This document shows positions 1-14,400 of a stretch of 64,000 nucleotides of DNA, piece after piece. This DNA comes from Squalus acanthias (Eukaryota): assembly GCA_030390025.1 (NCBI GenBank), contig CM059432.1:113710001-113774000 (forward strand), given 5' to 3'. A program made the translations under genes and the position numbers. Position 1 is the stretch's first letter. Every line of letters begins with the position of its first letter. The notes below the pieces were generated by a model. The model saw only the letters and a list, made by a program, of their open reading frames with translations. It did no database searches and was not told where the DNA came from.

Positions 1-885
1 GAATAGGAACCTTGGCTGATTGCTCACTGCCCAACCCAGTGGCACTATACTTAATTGTAGCTACTTCTGCAGTCTTGGCTGAGGTTAGCTAACCCAGCAA
101 AGACTGGGTGTTGAATTTGGGATGCTTCTGGTCAGTGTCAATCAGTATGATACTTGGTGGTACATTTACCCACTAAGCCAGCGGGGAAGCTTCTCCACTG
201 CATTACTGCATTGTTATTCCTAGGTATATGTAACGTGTTTGACAAACAATTAAACAGCTATAGAAACTTTATTTAAGCTGTCAGCCACAGCTCAGTTCAC
301 TCATCTGAAGCAGTAACTGAACTGCAAGAAGAATCATAGAAGGTTCAGCTTCATAGCAAGAATGGGTTACAGTCAGAGACTAGGAGGTCAGTCTCTAGTC
401 GAGCCTATTAGCCTGGCTCCAGCCAGAGCCTCAGCTCAGTCTCTACCTCCCCCTATCCATGTCCCTAGCCCTGAATATGATTTGAATTCCTTAACCCTTT
501 CAAACACTCTCTTTCTAAATGAAATCCATTTATCTCATGTGTCACCTTTGGCATTTGCATTCCAATCTCTCTCTCACTCACTCTCAAATTGTTTTCAGTC
601 CTTCTGCATCTTTTGCCAGTTCTTATATCTGTGTCTCTCTGGATCTTCCTCTTTCACACTGTCTCAGAATCTCCTTCTCACTTCTCTCCAGGAGACCCAC
701 ATACCAAACACCATCTACTCCTATCTCTCACTCAACACTGATCCATCATCAACCAGTCTTCCTTTTAAACCTGTCTCTAACGAGCCATCCTAAAGTCGGT
801 GCTCACGAATGGGAAACACAATACTCAGTTGAGAAGCCAGGTTTATACAGGTTCATCATAATTTCCTTGCTTGTTGTACTGCTAT

Positions 886-2636
886 GGCTGGAATTTTCCT
901 GGTGGTTCGGTGCGATCAGTGGCTGATAATTTATTTTTGCACACGGAGCCTCGCTTGCCTCGCTTGCTCACACACTTTCTCCCAGGCCCGCTGTCATCTC
1001 AGCAGGCCGAGCCGCCGCAGCCGGGCGAACCAGTGAAGTCGTCATCACTAGTAGTAGTTACAAACTTTAAGTACTTTCCAAACATTTAAAACGTTGCTTC
1101 ATTTACCATGCATTTTCATTACCACGTCTGTTCAGTCTGTGCTCAGTTCAGTGGCCATGCATGTCTCTATTGATTACTTGACAGCATGAAATGTACAGTA
1201 AAAGCTCCCACCTGACAGATGATCACTTTCCTCAGCAGAAGCTGTTGCTCAGTCCATTTCCAGCACAGATTCTGCCGGTTGCAAGTCTTTCCAGCAAAGT
1301 CTTCATCCAGTCTCACCTCATTGGAAGAACTCGTTCACCATTGACAGAATGCTTCTGTCATCGCTACTTCACCTGCCATCTGTTTTATCAGCATGGGTGC
1401 CGTTTATAGTGTCTCACCTTGGTCCTTAGAATCGGACCACAATGAGCCCCAACACCAGCAGCACCAGGCACACCAGCAGCACCAACAACAACACCAACCT
1501 TCTCTGCAATCACCTGATGCTGCACTGGACACAGGGCATCAGCACCTGACCAAATTGCTGCCCGGGAGGCCAGGGATGGTCTCATCATGGCCAGATTTAA
1601 TTCACTTGACGTTGTATACCCTGGCTGCCACATGATGCGCCAGGTTGGTACCACCCCACACCAGCACCATAAAGCATCCCTACAATGCCCAAGCCGTTCC
1701 TCCCACACTCATCACCATTGCGGGGGGGGGGTACTGTTATGTCTCACCATTCACTGCAACTCACTAAGCCACTTCCAAAGGTGCACACAGATTTGTCCAA
1801 GATCGGAATGTGTTGAAAATAAAGATTTTTATGTTTGACGCCACGTTAACAGAAATTTTACATAAACATCACCCAAGTGGCTACCCTTGTGTGTTGTTAG
1901 TTGGTATGATTGCACTAGGATGAGGGTGAGTGTGAGGGGTGGCTAGTGAGATGGGGATGTGATAATGTAGATAGCGAGAGATGGGTGGAGGGGCAAGGTA
2001 TGTTGGCATGAGTAAGGATGTGCAGGGGTAGGGTTAGGAAGGCAGAGTGATGGGGATGTGATGAGAGGCACAGCAGGATGAAGTTGAGTGTGGCTTTGTA
2101 CTAACGTTTCCTGCTCTAATGAGATAATTGAAACGTTTGCGCCACTGCACCCAGGTCCTCCTGAACACATCCCTGCTTGTGACCTCCTCCGCAATCTGCA
2201 ACCAGGCTGTCTTGGTGTCCTGGAGCGGTCTCTTCCGCCCATCGGAAGGGAAGAGGACCTCCCTGCGTGCTCTGACTCACTTCATAAGCATATGGAGGGA
2301 GTCATGGGAGAACCTGGGTGCGGCCCTCTGCCTCTGTGCAGCCATTGTCAGTGTTTGCAGCACTCCAATGCTGTAGTACACTGACAGCACTATGTTAGAT
2401 GAAACTTCAAATATAATGTGGCCATGGTTCCTTTAAAGATCCCGGCTGAAAACGCGTCATGAATGACGTCACTAGACCCGCTCCATCTCATTGGGCCGGA
2501 TAACGCGCTGGGCGAGCTTAATAGGTCCTATTAAGGGAAAGTCATTTTCAGCAGCGGGATGGAGCCAGCAGCGGGGTCGTGACCCGCCACGGACACTGCC
2601 CGCACCGGACCCGACGAAGTAGGCAAAATTCCGGCC
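886..2636. mobile_element. Internally deleted Harbinger of a second family, inserted in a CR1
   Basis: TIRs GGCTGGAATTTT / AAAATTCCGGCC; TAT TSD (883-885, 2637-2639); flanks rejoin as CR1 RT sequence; degenerate Myb exon on the minus strand. Confidence 0.85.
2106..2345 (-). pseudogene. Degenerate Harbinger Myb/SANT exon 1
   Basis: Manual translation MAAQRQRAAPRFSHDSLHMLMK*VRARREVLFPSDGRKRPLQDTKTAWLQIAEEVTSRDVFRRTWVQWRKRFNYLIRAG, homologous to 42756-42992, with one stop. Confidence 0.8.
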
Positions 2637-2639
2637 TAT

Positions 2640-3660
2640 GCTTCTATTTATGAAGCCCAGGATCCCGTATACTTTTTTAACCATTTTCTCAACCTGCTCT
2701 GCCACCTTCAACGATTTGTGCACACATACCCCCAGGTCTCTCTGTTCATGAATCCCCTTTAGGATTGTATCCTTTAGTTTATATTGTCTCTCCTCGTTCT
2801 TCCTACCAAAATGTATTACTTCGCACTTTTCTGCGTTAAATTTCATCTGCCACATGTCTGCCCATTCCACCAGCCTATGTCCTCTTGAAGTCTATCGCTA
2901 TCCTGCTCACTGTTCACTATACTTCCAAGTTTTGTGTCATCTGCAAATTTTGAAATTGTGCCCTGTACACCCACGTCCAAGTCATTAATATATATCAAGA
3001 AAAGCAGTGGTCCTAGTACCGACCCATGGGGAACACCACTGTGTACCTTCCACCAGTCCGAAAAACAACCATTCAGCACTATTCTCTGTTCCCTGTGACT
3101 TAGCCAATTTCGTATCCATGCTGCCACTGTCCCCTTTATTCCATTGGCTTCAACTTTGTTGGCAAGCCTATTATGTGGCACTTTATCGAACGCCTTTTGG
3201 AAGTCCATGTACACCACATCAACTGCATTTCCCTCATCAACCCTCTCTGTTACCTCATGAAAAAACTCGATCAAGTTAGTTGAACACGATTTGCCTTTAA
3301 CAAATCCATGCTGGCTTTCCTTTATTAGTCCACACTTGTCCAACTGACTGTTAATTTTGTCCCGGATTATCGTTTCGAAAAGCTTCCCCACCACCGAGGT
3401 TAAACAGACTGGCCTGTAATTGCTGGGTTTATCCTTACACCCTTTTTTGAACAAGGGTACAACATTTGCAATTCTCCAGTCCTCTGGCACCACCTAAGGA
3501 GGATTGGAAGATTATGGCCAGTACCTCCACAATTTCCACCCTTACTTCCCTCAGCATCCTAGGTTGCTTCCCATCCGGTCCTGGTGACTTATTTTTTTAA
3601 GCACAGCCAGCCTTTCTAGTACTTTGTCTTTATCAATTTTTATCCCATCCAGTTTCCAGT
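2640..3660 (-). mobile_element. CR1 LINE RT fragment (continues at about 820-885 beyond the Harbinger insertion)
   Basis: NYRPVCLTSVVGK, QHGF, DFQKAFDKVPH, GSVLGPLLF and KFADD motifs; frameshifted. Confidence 0.92.
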
Positions 3661-4044
3661 ATATATAGTCCCACTCCTGGGAGCATATAATCTCGGCTAA
3701 CACTTCGTTGTAGTGTTGCTCTGTCTTTCGAATGAGATGTTAAGCAGAGTCCCCCATCTAGCCTCTCAGGTGGATGTAAATGATCCTATGGTGCTATTCA
3801 AAGAAGAGCAGAGGTGGTGTCCTGGACAATGTTTATCCCTCAAGCAGTTCCACCAAAAATGGGCTATTTGGTCATTTATCCCATTGCTGTTTGTTGGGCC
3901 TTGCTGTGCACAAATTGGCTGCTATGCTTCCCTATGTTACAACAGTGACTACACTTCAGAAATACTTCATTGGCTGTGAAATGCTTTGTGATGTCATGAA
4001 GGTGTTATATAAATGCATTTTTATCGTATACATTAATTGTGTTA

Positions 4045-5355
4045 TAAGAACATAAGAAATAGGAGCAGGAGTAGGCCATACGGCCCATCTAGCCTGCTTC
4101 ACCATTCAATAATATTATGGATGAACTTCTACATCAACCTCACTTGCCCGCCCTATCCCCATAATCCCTTGATTCCCTTAGTGCCCAAAAATCTATCGAT
4201 CTCTGTCTTGAATATACTCAACGACTGAGCCTCCACAGCCCTCTGGGGTAGAGAATTCCAAAGATTCACAACCCTTTGAGTCAAGAAATTTCTCTTCATC
4301 TCAGTCCAAAATGGCTGACCCCTTATCCTGTCACTGTGACCCCTAGTTCTAGACTCTCCAGCCAGGGGAAGCAGCCTCTCAGCATCTACCCTGTGAAGCC
4401 CTCTAAGACTTTTATACGTTTCAATTAGATCACATTTCATTCTTCTAAACTCCAGAGAGTATAGGCCCATTCTACTCAATCTCTCCTCATAGGACAACTC
4501 TCTTATCCCAGGAATCAATCTAGTGAACCTTTGTTGCACCGCCTCTAAGGCATGTATATCCTTCCTTGGTTAAGGAGACCAAAACTGTACACAATACTCC
4601 AGGTGTGGTCTCAGCAAAGCCCTATATAATTACAGCAAGACTTCTTTACTCTTATACTCCAACTCCCTTGCATTAAAGGTTAACATACCATTTGCCTTCC
4701 TAATTGCTTGCTGTATCTGCATGTTAACTTTCTGTCATTCATGTGCAAGGACCCCAAATCCCTCTGAACACCAACATTTCCCAGTCTCTCACCTTTTTAA
4801 AAAAAAATGTGGTTTTCCATTCTTCCTACCAAAGTGGATAATTTCACACTTCCCCACATTATACTCTATTGGCCACCTTCTTACCCAATCACTTAACCTG
4901 TCTATATCCCTTTGCAGCCTCTTTGCTTCCTCCTCACAGCTTGCTTTCCCACCTTGCTTTGTATCGTCAGCAAACTTGGATACATTGCACTCAGTCCCCT
5001 CATTTAAGTCATTAATGTAGATTGTGAATAGCTGAGGCCCAAGCACTGATCCTTGTGGCACCCCACTAGTTACAGCCTGCCAACCTGAAAATGACACGTT
5101 TATTCCTACTCTCTGTTTTCTGTCTGTTAACCAATCTTCAGTCCATGCCAATATATTATCCCCAATCCCATGTGCCCTAATCCTGTGTAACATCCTCTTG
5201 TGTGGCACCTTATCGAATGCCTTTTGGAAATCCCAATTCACTACATCCACTGGGTCCCCCCTTATCGACCCTGCTAATCACACCCTCAAACATCTCCAAT
5301 AGGTTTGTCAAACATGATTTCCCTTTCATAAAATTGTGTTGACTCTACCTAATCC
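4045..5355 (-). mobile_element. CR1 LINE 3' portion with short-repeat tail
   Basis: GVPQGSVLGPQLF, KFADD and RVVNLWNSLP; tail (TCTTATGT)n on the minus strand. Confidence 0.92.
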
Positions 5356-5839
5356 AAGTGCCCTTTTCTTTCCAAATAATAAATGTAATTAATTATTTGT
5401 TAAGGCTTGTGTGCCACTTCCTCAGAAATGAGAAAGGAAGTAAGAATGTTTCTGCTTAATTTTTCTGAAGAGGATTAGAAATAGCGAGGACAGCTGATGT
5501 AACCCTGATATATTCAAAAAAGAATTGAGATGTGAATCAAGGAGTTTACAGACATTTGAGCAAAATGATTGTGAATGTTCTATGGGATGGTATCAGTGTT
5601 CCTCAGAAGAATCTGTAAGAGTAGTCAGTATGATCTTAGAAGCAATAAGTCTACTGGATGTCTAGGGGAGATAACTAAATAGATGGAGAAGGCCCATCCA
5701 ATGGATGTAAGGATACATTTTCCAAGACTTTGTTCTTAGTGCGGAATCTCACTTGACTGGAGCATGGGTTTGAAAATCAGGTGTGGAGGGGCCAGTATGC
5801 TTCATAAATGAAAGTTTCTTTCTTCTTTTTATTCTCTAA

Positions 5840-6575
5840 GTATTTTGCGGTGGTAATGATGGTGAAACTGCCAGCGTTTGCCATCATTACCTCTCTGAAA
5901 CTGACCGTAACTTCAGGATTTAGCGCATGCACAGCGAAACGTGGAAATCCTGAAGTTGCGGTCAGTCATTCCCTGCTCCCCATGGCCTACAATTAGTGAA
6001 ATCACTTGAACTGGTGAAAACTTGAGCATTTCCGCTCTAATATCGCTGTTAAACACCCTATAAAAAATTAAGCCTTGTTGGAATAGGTGTAACTGGGGTT
6101 TTAACGGCGTATTGACTGCTAAACAACCATTCTGGCCCTTAAAACTAATTTTATATTTGTGGAATGTTAAATTTCTCTATTATGATAAAATTTACTAGAT
6201 TTTTAAAATAAAAAAATGTTTTAAATTTTTTTTAAAGTTTGTTTATGATATTTCAGTTTCTACCTTAATTCCGTGTGTATGTCCCAATCTTTATTCCGCT
6301 CTCTGTAAAATAATTTAAAAAGTGAATCGATAACCAGTGCTTTTTAATTCCTGGTTTGCTCTCTGTGAGAATTCTTCAATGTGATTGGCTGCTTAGACAG
6401 TTTAATGCCATCACTGTTACTGTACGCTGGAGATCCCCTATAGACAGCGCTACAATCAAATTAAGGTCAAGAAAGCAAAACTTTTTGCCACAGAGATTGC
6501 AAGAACCTTTTGGGCAGCTTTCTTCAAGGTCAGCGGCGAGCGCCGTCACTTCGCCACTGACCGCAAATTCCGGGC
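5840..6575. mobile_element. Probable MITE-like DNA transposon relic
   Basis: CpG-containing palindromic ends (GGTAATGATGG...CCATCATTACC; GCGGTCAG / CTGACCGC; AAATTCCGGGC) around an AT-rich core; left end not resolved. Confidence 0.45.
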
Positions 6576-7856
6576 GATTAAGTTGTGTGCCTAGGCGAAT
6601 AGTGTAAGAGATATTGATAGAGTTCAAGTGGATCTGGATACTTTAAATGGATGTGCTGGGACATGGCAGATGGATCTTAATACTGTATAGATAAATATAT
6701 GGTAATGCATATTGGCACATATGTGCATTATTAATAGATGGTAGTTGGCAAAGATGAATATGAAAAAGATTTAGGTATGATAGACAATCAGTAAATATGA
6801 GATTATTGTAATAAAATGCAATGATGCATCTCAATTACATTTGACACTTTAGTTCATTATGATTAGAATACTGTGCAGTTGTGGGCAGCCTACTTTCAAA
6901 TGGACTTTGATGCACTAGGGACAGTTCAGAGAAGAATGACCAGGTTTATCCTTGAACTCAAAACTCTTCTATTCCAAAGAGAGTTCTAACAACAGAGAAA
7001 AGGACAGTGAGCGAGGACATTTTCTGATCATTTAAAGTGCTGAAAAACACATAGAAACAAGAAAGTTATTTAACTTAGTCTGTGATCTTGAACTGGCGAA
7101 CACATTACAGTATTAGCAAGACTCAAACAACACTTTATCAGAAGGATTTTATTGTTCCCCACGGAAGAGTAGATATTCATCAAGAGGCTTATGTTACGTT
7201 AAGTCCTTTACAAAAGACTTTTCGTGTTAAGAACAGAATTGAAGTAATAGTGATGAATAAAGACATATAAATGCTCTACAGGGTGTAGTTTACAAATTTG
7301 CATTCATGATGCGGAGGTTCACTTTTGGGCAGTGCCAGTTGGCAATCTGGGTCCGGAGGTCAGCACACAGAAAATCCTGCAGGGACCGCTGACCTTCATG
7401 GCCAAATATTTGCTTACGCATCCAGTTAGGTGGAGTTCCACCCTGGGAGTATGGATTTGTACAATTTGCTCTTGTGTTTTCATTCTATTGGGACCATGGA
7501 AATGTCACCTGTGGATTGTATCTAGTCAGAGTTCAGTAATCTAGGTTGTAATGTTAAACTGATTTCCTGAAGTTTTTGATCAATTAATTTTTGGAGTCGG
7601 AGAAATGTCCAGAGTTTTATCTTTTGGACGATTTTTCTCTTAATCATTCGCCGACCTCGGGAGTTAAACAAATTGACAGGCAAGTTATACATAGCCTTCT
7701 GGGAAGGGTGATCTCCGGGGCAAATACCCTTTATTGATCCTGTACTTTCTTATGTCCTTACATATCATCAGTAATTCTCTAGTCATTGTGCATCAACTAC
7801 ACCAAGTGTGAGAAGTCGCACAACACCAGGTTATAGTCCAACAGCTTTATTTGAAA

Positions 7857-7890
7857 TCACAAGCTTTCGGAGCGCTGCTCCTTCGTCAGG
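7857..7890 (-). ncRNA. Minimal hammerhead core (family B variant), helix I truncated
   Basis: Reverse complement C-CTGACGA-A-GGAGC(AGC)GCTCC-GAA-AGCT-T-GTGA. Confidence 0.6.
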
Positions 7891-9437
7891 ACTTCATCTG
7901 CTCTCTCAGGTGGACGTAAAAGATCCCATGGCACTATTTCGAAGAAGAGTAGGGGAGTTATCCCAGGTGTCCTGGCCAATATTTATCCCTCAACCAACAT
8001 AACAAAAAACAGATTATCTGGTCATTATCACATTGCTGTTTGTGGGACCTTGCTGTGCGCAAATTGGCTGCCGCGTTTCCCACATTACAACAGTGAAAGT
8101 ACTTCATTGACTGTAAAGCACTTTGAGACGTCCAGATGCTATATAAATGCAAGTCTTTTTGCTGCAGTCCGTGTGGTGAAGGTACTCCCACAGTGCTGTT
8201 AGGGAGGGAGTTCCAGGATTTTGACCCAGCGACGATGAAGGATCGGCGATATACTTCTAAGTTGGGATGGTGTGTGACTTGGAGGGGAACTTGGAGGTGG
8301 TGGTGTTCCCATGCGTCTGCTGCCCTTGTCTTTCTAGGTCGAAGAGGTCGTGCGTTTGGGAGGTGCTGCAGTGCATCTTGTAGATGGTACACACTGCAGC
8401 CACGATGCGCCGGTGGTGGAGGGAGTGAATGTTTAAGGTGGTGGATGGGGTGCCAATCAAGCAGGCTGCTTTTTCCTGGATGGTGTCGAGTTTTGTGAGT
8501 GTTGTTGGAGCTGCACTCATCCAGGCAAGTGGAGAGTATTCCATCACACTCCTGACTTGTGCCTTGTAGATGGTGTAAAGGCTTTGGGGAGTCAGGAGGT
8601 GAGACACATGCTGCAGAATACCCAGCCTCTGACCTGCTCTTGTTGCCACAGTATTTATGTGGCTGGTCCAGTTAAGTTTCTGGTCAATGGTGACCCCCAG
8701 GATGTTGATGGTGGGGGATTCGACGATGGTAATGCCGTTGAATGTCAAGGGGTGGTGGTTAGACTCTCGCTTGTTGGAGATAATCATTGCCTGGCACTTC
8801 TGTGGCGTGAATGTTACCTGCCACTTATAAGCCCAAACCTGAACGACGTCCAGTTCTTGTTGCCTGCGGGCATGGACTGCTTCATTATCTGAGGAGTTGT
8901 GAATGGCACTGAACACTGTGCAGTCATCAGTGAACATCCCCATTTCTGACCTTATGTTGGAGGGAAGGTCATTGATGAAGCAGCTGAAGATGGTTGAGCC
9001 TAGGACACTGCCCTGAGGAACTCCTGCAGCGATGTCCTGGGACTGTGATGATTGACCTTCGACCACCACAACCATCTTCCTTTGTGCTAGGCCTGACTCC
9101 AGCCAGTGGAGTGTTTTTCCCCCTGATTCCCAATGACTTCAGTTTTACTAGGGTTCCTTGATGCCACACTCGGTCAAATGCTGCCAAAGGGCAGTCACTC
9201 TCGCCTCACCTCTGGAATTCAGCTCCTTTGTCCATGTTTGAACCAAGGCTGTAATGAGGTCAGGAGCCGAGTGGTCTTGGCGGAACCCAAACTGGGCATC
9301 AGTGAGCAGGTTATTGGTGAGTAAGTGCCGCTTGATAGCACTGTTGATGACACCTTCCATCACTTTGCTGATGATTGAGAGTAGACTGATGGGGCGGTAA
9401 TTGGCCGGATTGGATTTGTACTGCTTTTTGTGGACAG

Positions 9438-9534
9438 AAATGAGAAGTCGCACAACACCAGGTTATAGTACAACAGATTTATTTAAAATTACAAGCTTTC
9501 GGAGCTGTCGCCCCTTCCTCAGGTAAAGTTACAA
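9438..9534 (-). mobile_element. Solo family-B Penelope terminal fragment inserted in a LINE (a similar fragment lies at 7809-7890)
   Basis: Matches 35055-35140; TSD TTTTGTGGACAG at 9426-9437 and 9535-9546. Confidence 0.82.
9489..9526 (-). ncRNA. Minimal hammerhead motif (family B)
   Basis: Reverse complement TTAC-CTGAGGA-A-GGGGC(GACA)GCTCC-GAA-AGCT-T-GTAA with perfect helix I. Confidence 0.72.
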
Positions 9535-11487
9535 TTTTGTGGACAGGACATACCTGGGCAGTTTTCCACATTGTCAGATAGATGCCAGTGTTGTAGCTAT
9601 ATTGGAACAGTTTGGCTAGAGGCACGGCTAGTTCTGGAGCACAAGTCTTCAGCACGATAGCCGGGATGTTGTCGGGGCCCATAGCCTTTGCTGTATCCAG
9701 TGCACTCAGCCGTTTCTTGATATCACGTGGCGCATGATCGAGTAAATCGGTAACTGTAGAAGTAGGCCATCCATTCAGCTGCCCCTGCTGCATCCCTCCC
9801 TTCCGCTTATCCACCAAGGCAAGGTTTCCCCCTGCCCTAGCCCTGAACTCACATCTTTTTCTAGTTTCTCTCCTGTCTCTCATTCCCCCATGCCGTCTCT
9901 GAGCTCATCTTGTCCATGTAACCCACCTCCTGTGCTCTCGACCCTATTCCCACAAACTGCTAACCACCCAACTTGCCTTCAATCCACTCATGCTAGCTGA
10001 GATATTGTTAACTGTTCCCTCTCCTCCGGTACTGTCGCCCTTTCTTTCAAATCTGCCGTCATCCTATACCTCCTCAAAAAAAACATCGGCCCTGAATAAA
10101 ATAAATAAAACCCGCGCCTACCTGGTGGTCCGGGAGGTACGGAGACTCGCGGTCCTGGGCCTCTGCCCGTGTGCCTATTTGTCCAGTTGTCGGTTTGTTT
10201 CTAAACTCTGTTTTGGGAGCGAGATACATCTGAGTTTTCAGGAGGGCATTGGAGACTCTCCGCTGCTCAAACCCTTGCTATTTAATTCACCTCCTGAGTC
10301 CCCCGGTCCACATCGCAGTGCAGCAAGAAGGAAACTAAAAGAACACGGGCACCCAGGTACTTCTCTTCCCCTTTGTATGTCAAGCTGTTACAAGAGGAAG
10401 ATAAACAGATGCCTTCACAATTAATCAAAACTGCCTGTCAAAAACAAATTTCACAAGGCACTGGGATAGCCTCCCAGAATCCACACACTTTCAGGATAAG
10501 CAAAACTCTGAGAATCTTGCTTGCAGAGGCCCTGATGGGACAATTGCAAAAGCCATAGACAGTACGTGTAAGCCAGTGACCAATATGATTTATTTCTATT
10601 ACAGTCCCCAACACTTAAAACTCCCATGTTTAAATCGGGCAGTCGCTTATATCAGCCAAAATTCGACAATTATTATAGAATCATAGAATGGCTACAGCAC
10701 AGAAGGAGGCCATTTGGCCCGTCGAGCCCGTGCCGGCCCTTTGCAAGAGCACTTCAGCTAGTCCCACTCCCATTCACCATTTGCATAACATCAATTTCAA
10801 AGTTATGGCCTATAGCGCCTTAAATGATCCGTTTATTTCAGGCAGAAACAGCTGAGCCTACTCACCAATGGCCAGGGTTCACAGTCAGCTATTGCACAGA
10901 ATCATCACTTTGCAGAATCATCGCTGTGATATTGTATGAATGATGTACACATGACAAACTGATGCATGTTTTTAAAAATACATTTATATTTTTTTAAAAA
11001 TCACTTCATGCACAATATTCCCAGCAGCCAAAATGTAGAGCCCGAATTAGGTGTTTGGGTTCTTTAAATGGTTGTTCGGTGAAGAAGTTAAGATTTATGT
11101 GTTTTTCCCTCCTCTCTGAATCTTGCTGAGATGCTGTAGCTAGTAATGGCTTGTTTCTGAAGGACGGGTCCTGCTTCCTGCTCCTCCAGTTTCCTAAGTG
11201 GTCTTGACATCTACTACCCTTTCTTGAGTAATAAGACTCGCTTTGTCCTAAACAACATATACGTCTGCTTAAACAATCAAAACTATTTTCTCTCAATGTG
11301 GGGGAGCTGTGTAAGAGCAATCAACATGAACGGAATGAGTCATTTCCTTTGGGAGCTGCAGACTGCCTTTGTGGATTGCTCCCAAAATGCTTTTGTAGTA
11401 AGCAAATGCAGAATTCACGATCAAACTGATTACAATATTTGGCACCTATCAATTCCTAATAAAGAAAAATCATTTTTTTAAATATTA

Positions 11488-14400
11488 TTTGTTCCTGGGA
11501 TGTGGACGTTTATTGTCCATCCCTGACTGCCCTTGAGAAGGTGGCGGTGAGCCACTTTCTTGAACCGCTGCAGTCCGTGTGGTGAGGGTACTCCTACAGT
11601 GCTGTTAGGGAGGGAGTTCCCGGATTTTGACCCAGCGACGATGAAGGAATGGCGAACTATTTCCAAGTCAGGATGGTGTGTGACTTGGAGGGGAACCTGC
11701 AGATGTTGGTGTTCCCATGTACCTGTTGCCCTTGTCCTTCTAAGTGGAAGAGGTCACGGGTTTGAGATGTGCTGTCGAAGAAGCCTTGACGAGTTGCTGC
11801 AGTGCATCTTGTAGATGGTACACACTGCAGCCACGGTACACCGGTGGTGGAGGAGGGTGTGAATGTTTAAGGTGGTGGATGGGGTGCCAATCAAGCGGGC
11901 TGCTTTGTCCTGGGTGGTGTTGAGCTTCTTGAGTGTTGCTGGAGCTGCACTCATCCAGGCAAGTGGAGAGTATTCCATCACACTCCTGACTTGTGCCTTG
12001 TAGATGGTGGAAAGACTTTGGGGAGCCAGGAGGTGAGATACTCACTGCAGAATACCCAGCCTCTGACCTGCTCTTGTAGCCACAGTATTTATGTGGCTGG
12101 TCCAGTGAAGTTTCTGGTCAATAGTGACCCCCAGGATGTTGATGGTGGGGGATTTGCCGATGGTAATCCTGTTGAATGTCAAGGGCCGGGGTTAGACTCT
12201 CTCTTGTTGGAGAAAGTCATTGCCTGGCACTAGTGTGGCGTGAATGTTACCTGCCACTTATCAGCCCAAGCCTGAATGTTGTCCAAGTCTTGCTGTGTGT
12301 GGGCATGGACTGCTTCATTATCTGAGAAGTTGGGAATGGCGCTGAACACTGTGCAGTCATCAGCGAACATCCCCATTTCTGACCTTATGCTGGAGGGAAG
12401 GTAATTGATGAAGCAGCTGAAGATGGTTGGGCCTAGGACACTGCCCTGAAGAACTCCTGCAGCGATGTCCTGGGCTGAGATGATTGACCTCCACCAACCA
12501 CAGCCACCTTCCTTTGTGCTAGGTATGACTCCAGCCAGTGGAGAGTTTTCTCCCTGATTCCCATTGAATTCAGTTTTACTAGGGCTCCTTGATACCACAC
12601 TCGGTCAAATGCTGCCTTGATGTCAAGGACAGTCACTCTCACCTCACCTCTGGAATTCAGCTCTTTTTTCCATGTTTGGACCAAGGCTGTAATGAGATCT
12701 GGAGCCGAGTGGTCCTGGCAGAACCCAAACTGAGCATCAGTGAGCAGGTTATTGGTGAGTAAGTGCCGCTTGATAGCACTGTCGATGGCACCTTCCATCA
12801 CTTTGCTGATGACTGAGAGTAGACTGATGGGGCGGTAATTGGCTGGGTTGGATTTGTGGACAGGACATACCTGGGCAGTTTTCCACATTATTGGATAGAT
12901 GCCAGTGTTGTAGCTGTACTGGAACAGCTTGGCTAGAGGTGCGGCTAGTTCTGGAGCACAAGTCTTCAGCACGATAGCCAGGATGTTGTCAGGGCCCATA
13001 GCCTTTGCTGTATCCAGTGCACTCAGCCAGTTTCATGATATCACGTGGAGTGAATAGAATTGGCTGAAGACTGGCTTCTGTGATGGTGGGGACCTCCGGA
13101 GGAGTCCGATATGAATCATCCACTCGGCACTTCTGGCTGAAGATGGTTCAGCCTTGTCTTTTGCACTTATGTGCTGGGCCCCGCCATCATTGAGGATGGG
13201 AATATTCATGAAGCCTCCTCCCCCCGTTAGTTGTTTAATGGTATACCACCATTCACGACTGGATGTGGCAGGACTGCAGAGCTTTGATCTGATCCATTGA
13301 TTGTGGGATCGCTTAGCTCTGTTTCTAGCATGCTGCTTTCGCTGTTTAGCATGCATGTAGTCTTGTGTTGCAACTTCCCCAGGTTGGCACCTCATTTTTT
13401 GGTACGTCTGGTGCTGCTCCTGGCATGCTCTTCTGCACTCCTCATTGAACCAAGGTTGGTCCCCTGGCTTAATGGTAATGGTAGAGTGAGGGATATGCCA
13501 GGCCATGAGGTTACAGATTGTGGTGGAATACAATTTTGCTGCTGTTCATGGCTCGCAGCGCCTCATGGATGCCCAGTTTTGAGCTGCTAGATCTGTTCTG
13601 AATCTATCTCATTGAGCACGGTAGTAGTGCCACAGAACATAATGGAGGGTGTCCTCAGTGTGAAGACGGTTATTCATCTCCACAAGGGCTATGCGGTGGT
13701 CACTGCTACCATGGACAGATGCATCTGCGACAGGTAGATTGGTGAGGAAGAGGTCAAGTAGGTTTTTCCCTAGTGTTGGTTCTCTCACCACCTGTCGCAG
13801 GCCCAGTCTGGCAGCTATATCTTTCAGGACTCAGCCAGCAGTGGTGCTACCGAGCCACTCTTGGTGATGGACATTGAAGTCCCCCACCCAGAGTACATTC
13901 TGTGCCCTTGCTACCCTCAGTGCTTCTTCCAAGTGGTGTTCAACATGGAGGAGTACTGATTCATCAGCTGAGGGAGGGCGGTAGGTGGTAATCAGCAGGC
14001 GGTTTCCTTGCCCATGCTTAACCTGAAGCCATGGGGTCCGGAGTCAATGTTGAGGACTTTCAGGGCCACTCCCTCCTGACTGTATACTACTGTGCCACCA
14101 CCCCTGGTGGGTCTGTCCTGCCGGTGGGATGGAAGAGTCTGGGACATCGGCTGAAAAATTATTCTGTGAGTATGTCTATGTCAGGCTGTTGCTTGATTAG
14201 TCTGTGTGACAGCTCTCCCAATTTTGGCACAAGTCCCCAGATGTTAGTGAGGAGGTCTTTGCAGGGTCGACCGGGCTGGGTGTGCCATTGTCGTGTCCGA
14301 AGTTGGTGCCAAGGTCGATACTTGGTGGTCCGTCCGGTTTTAGTCTCATTATTGTTTTCTGTAGTGGTTTGCTAGGCCATTTCAGAGGGCAGTTAAGAGT

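Larger units (their letters stand above)
8160..9730 (-). mobile_element. LINE family 2 (APE-RT, CR1/L2-group), 3' portion
   Basis: GPDNIPAIVLKTCAPEL, NYRPISLLS, QFGFRQ, GVPQGSVLG and FTDD motifs; frameshifted. Confidence 0.9.

Noticed and set aside
362..926. 143-aa and 135-aa ORFs
   Set aside because: CT-rich low-complexity sequence and antisense CR1; no recognisable protein.
1393..1635. Gln/His-rich ORF as a host gene
   Set aside because: Lies inside the 886-2636 Harbinger derivative; probably a remnant of the transposase ends.
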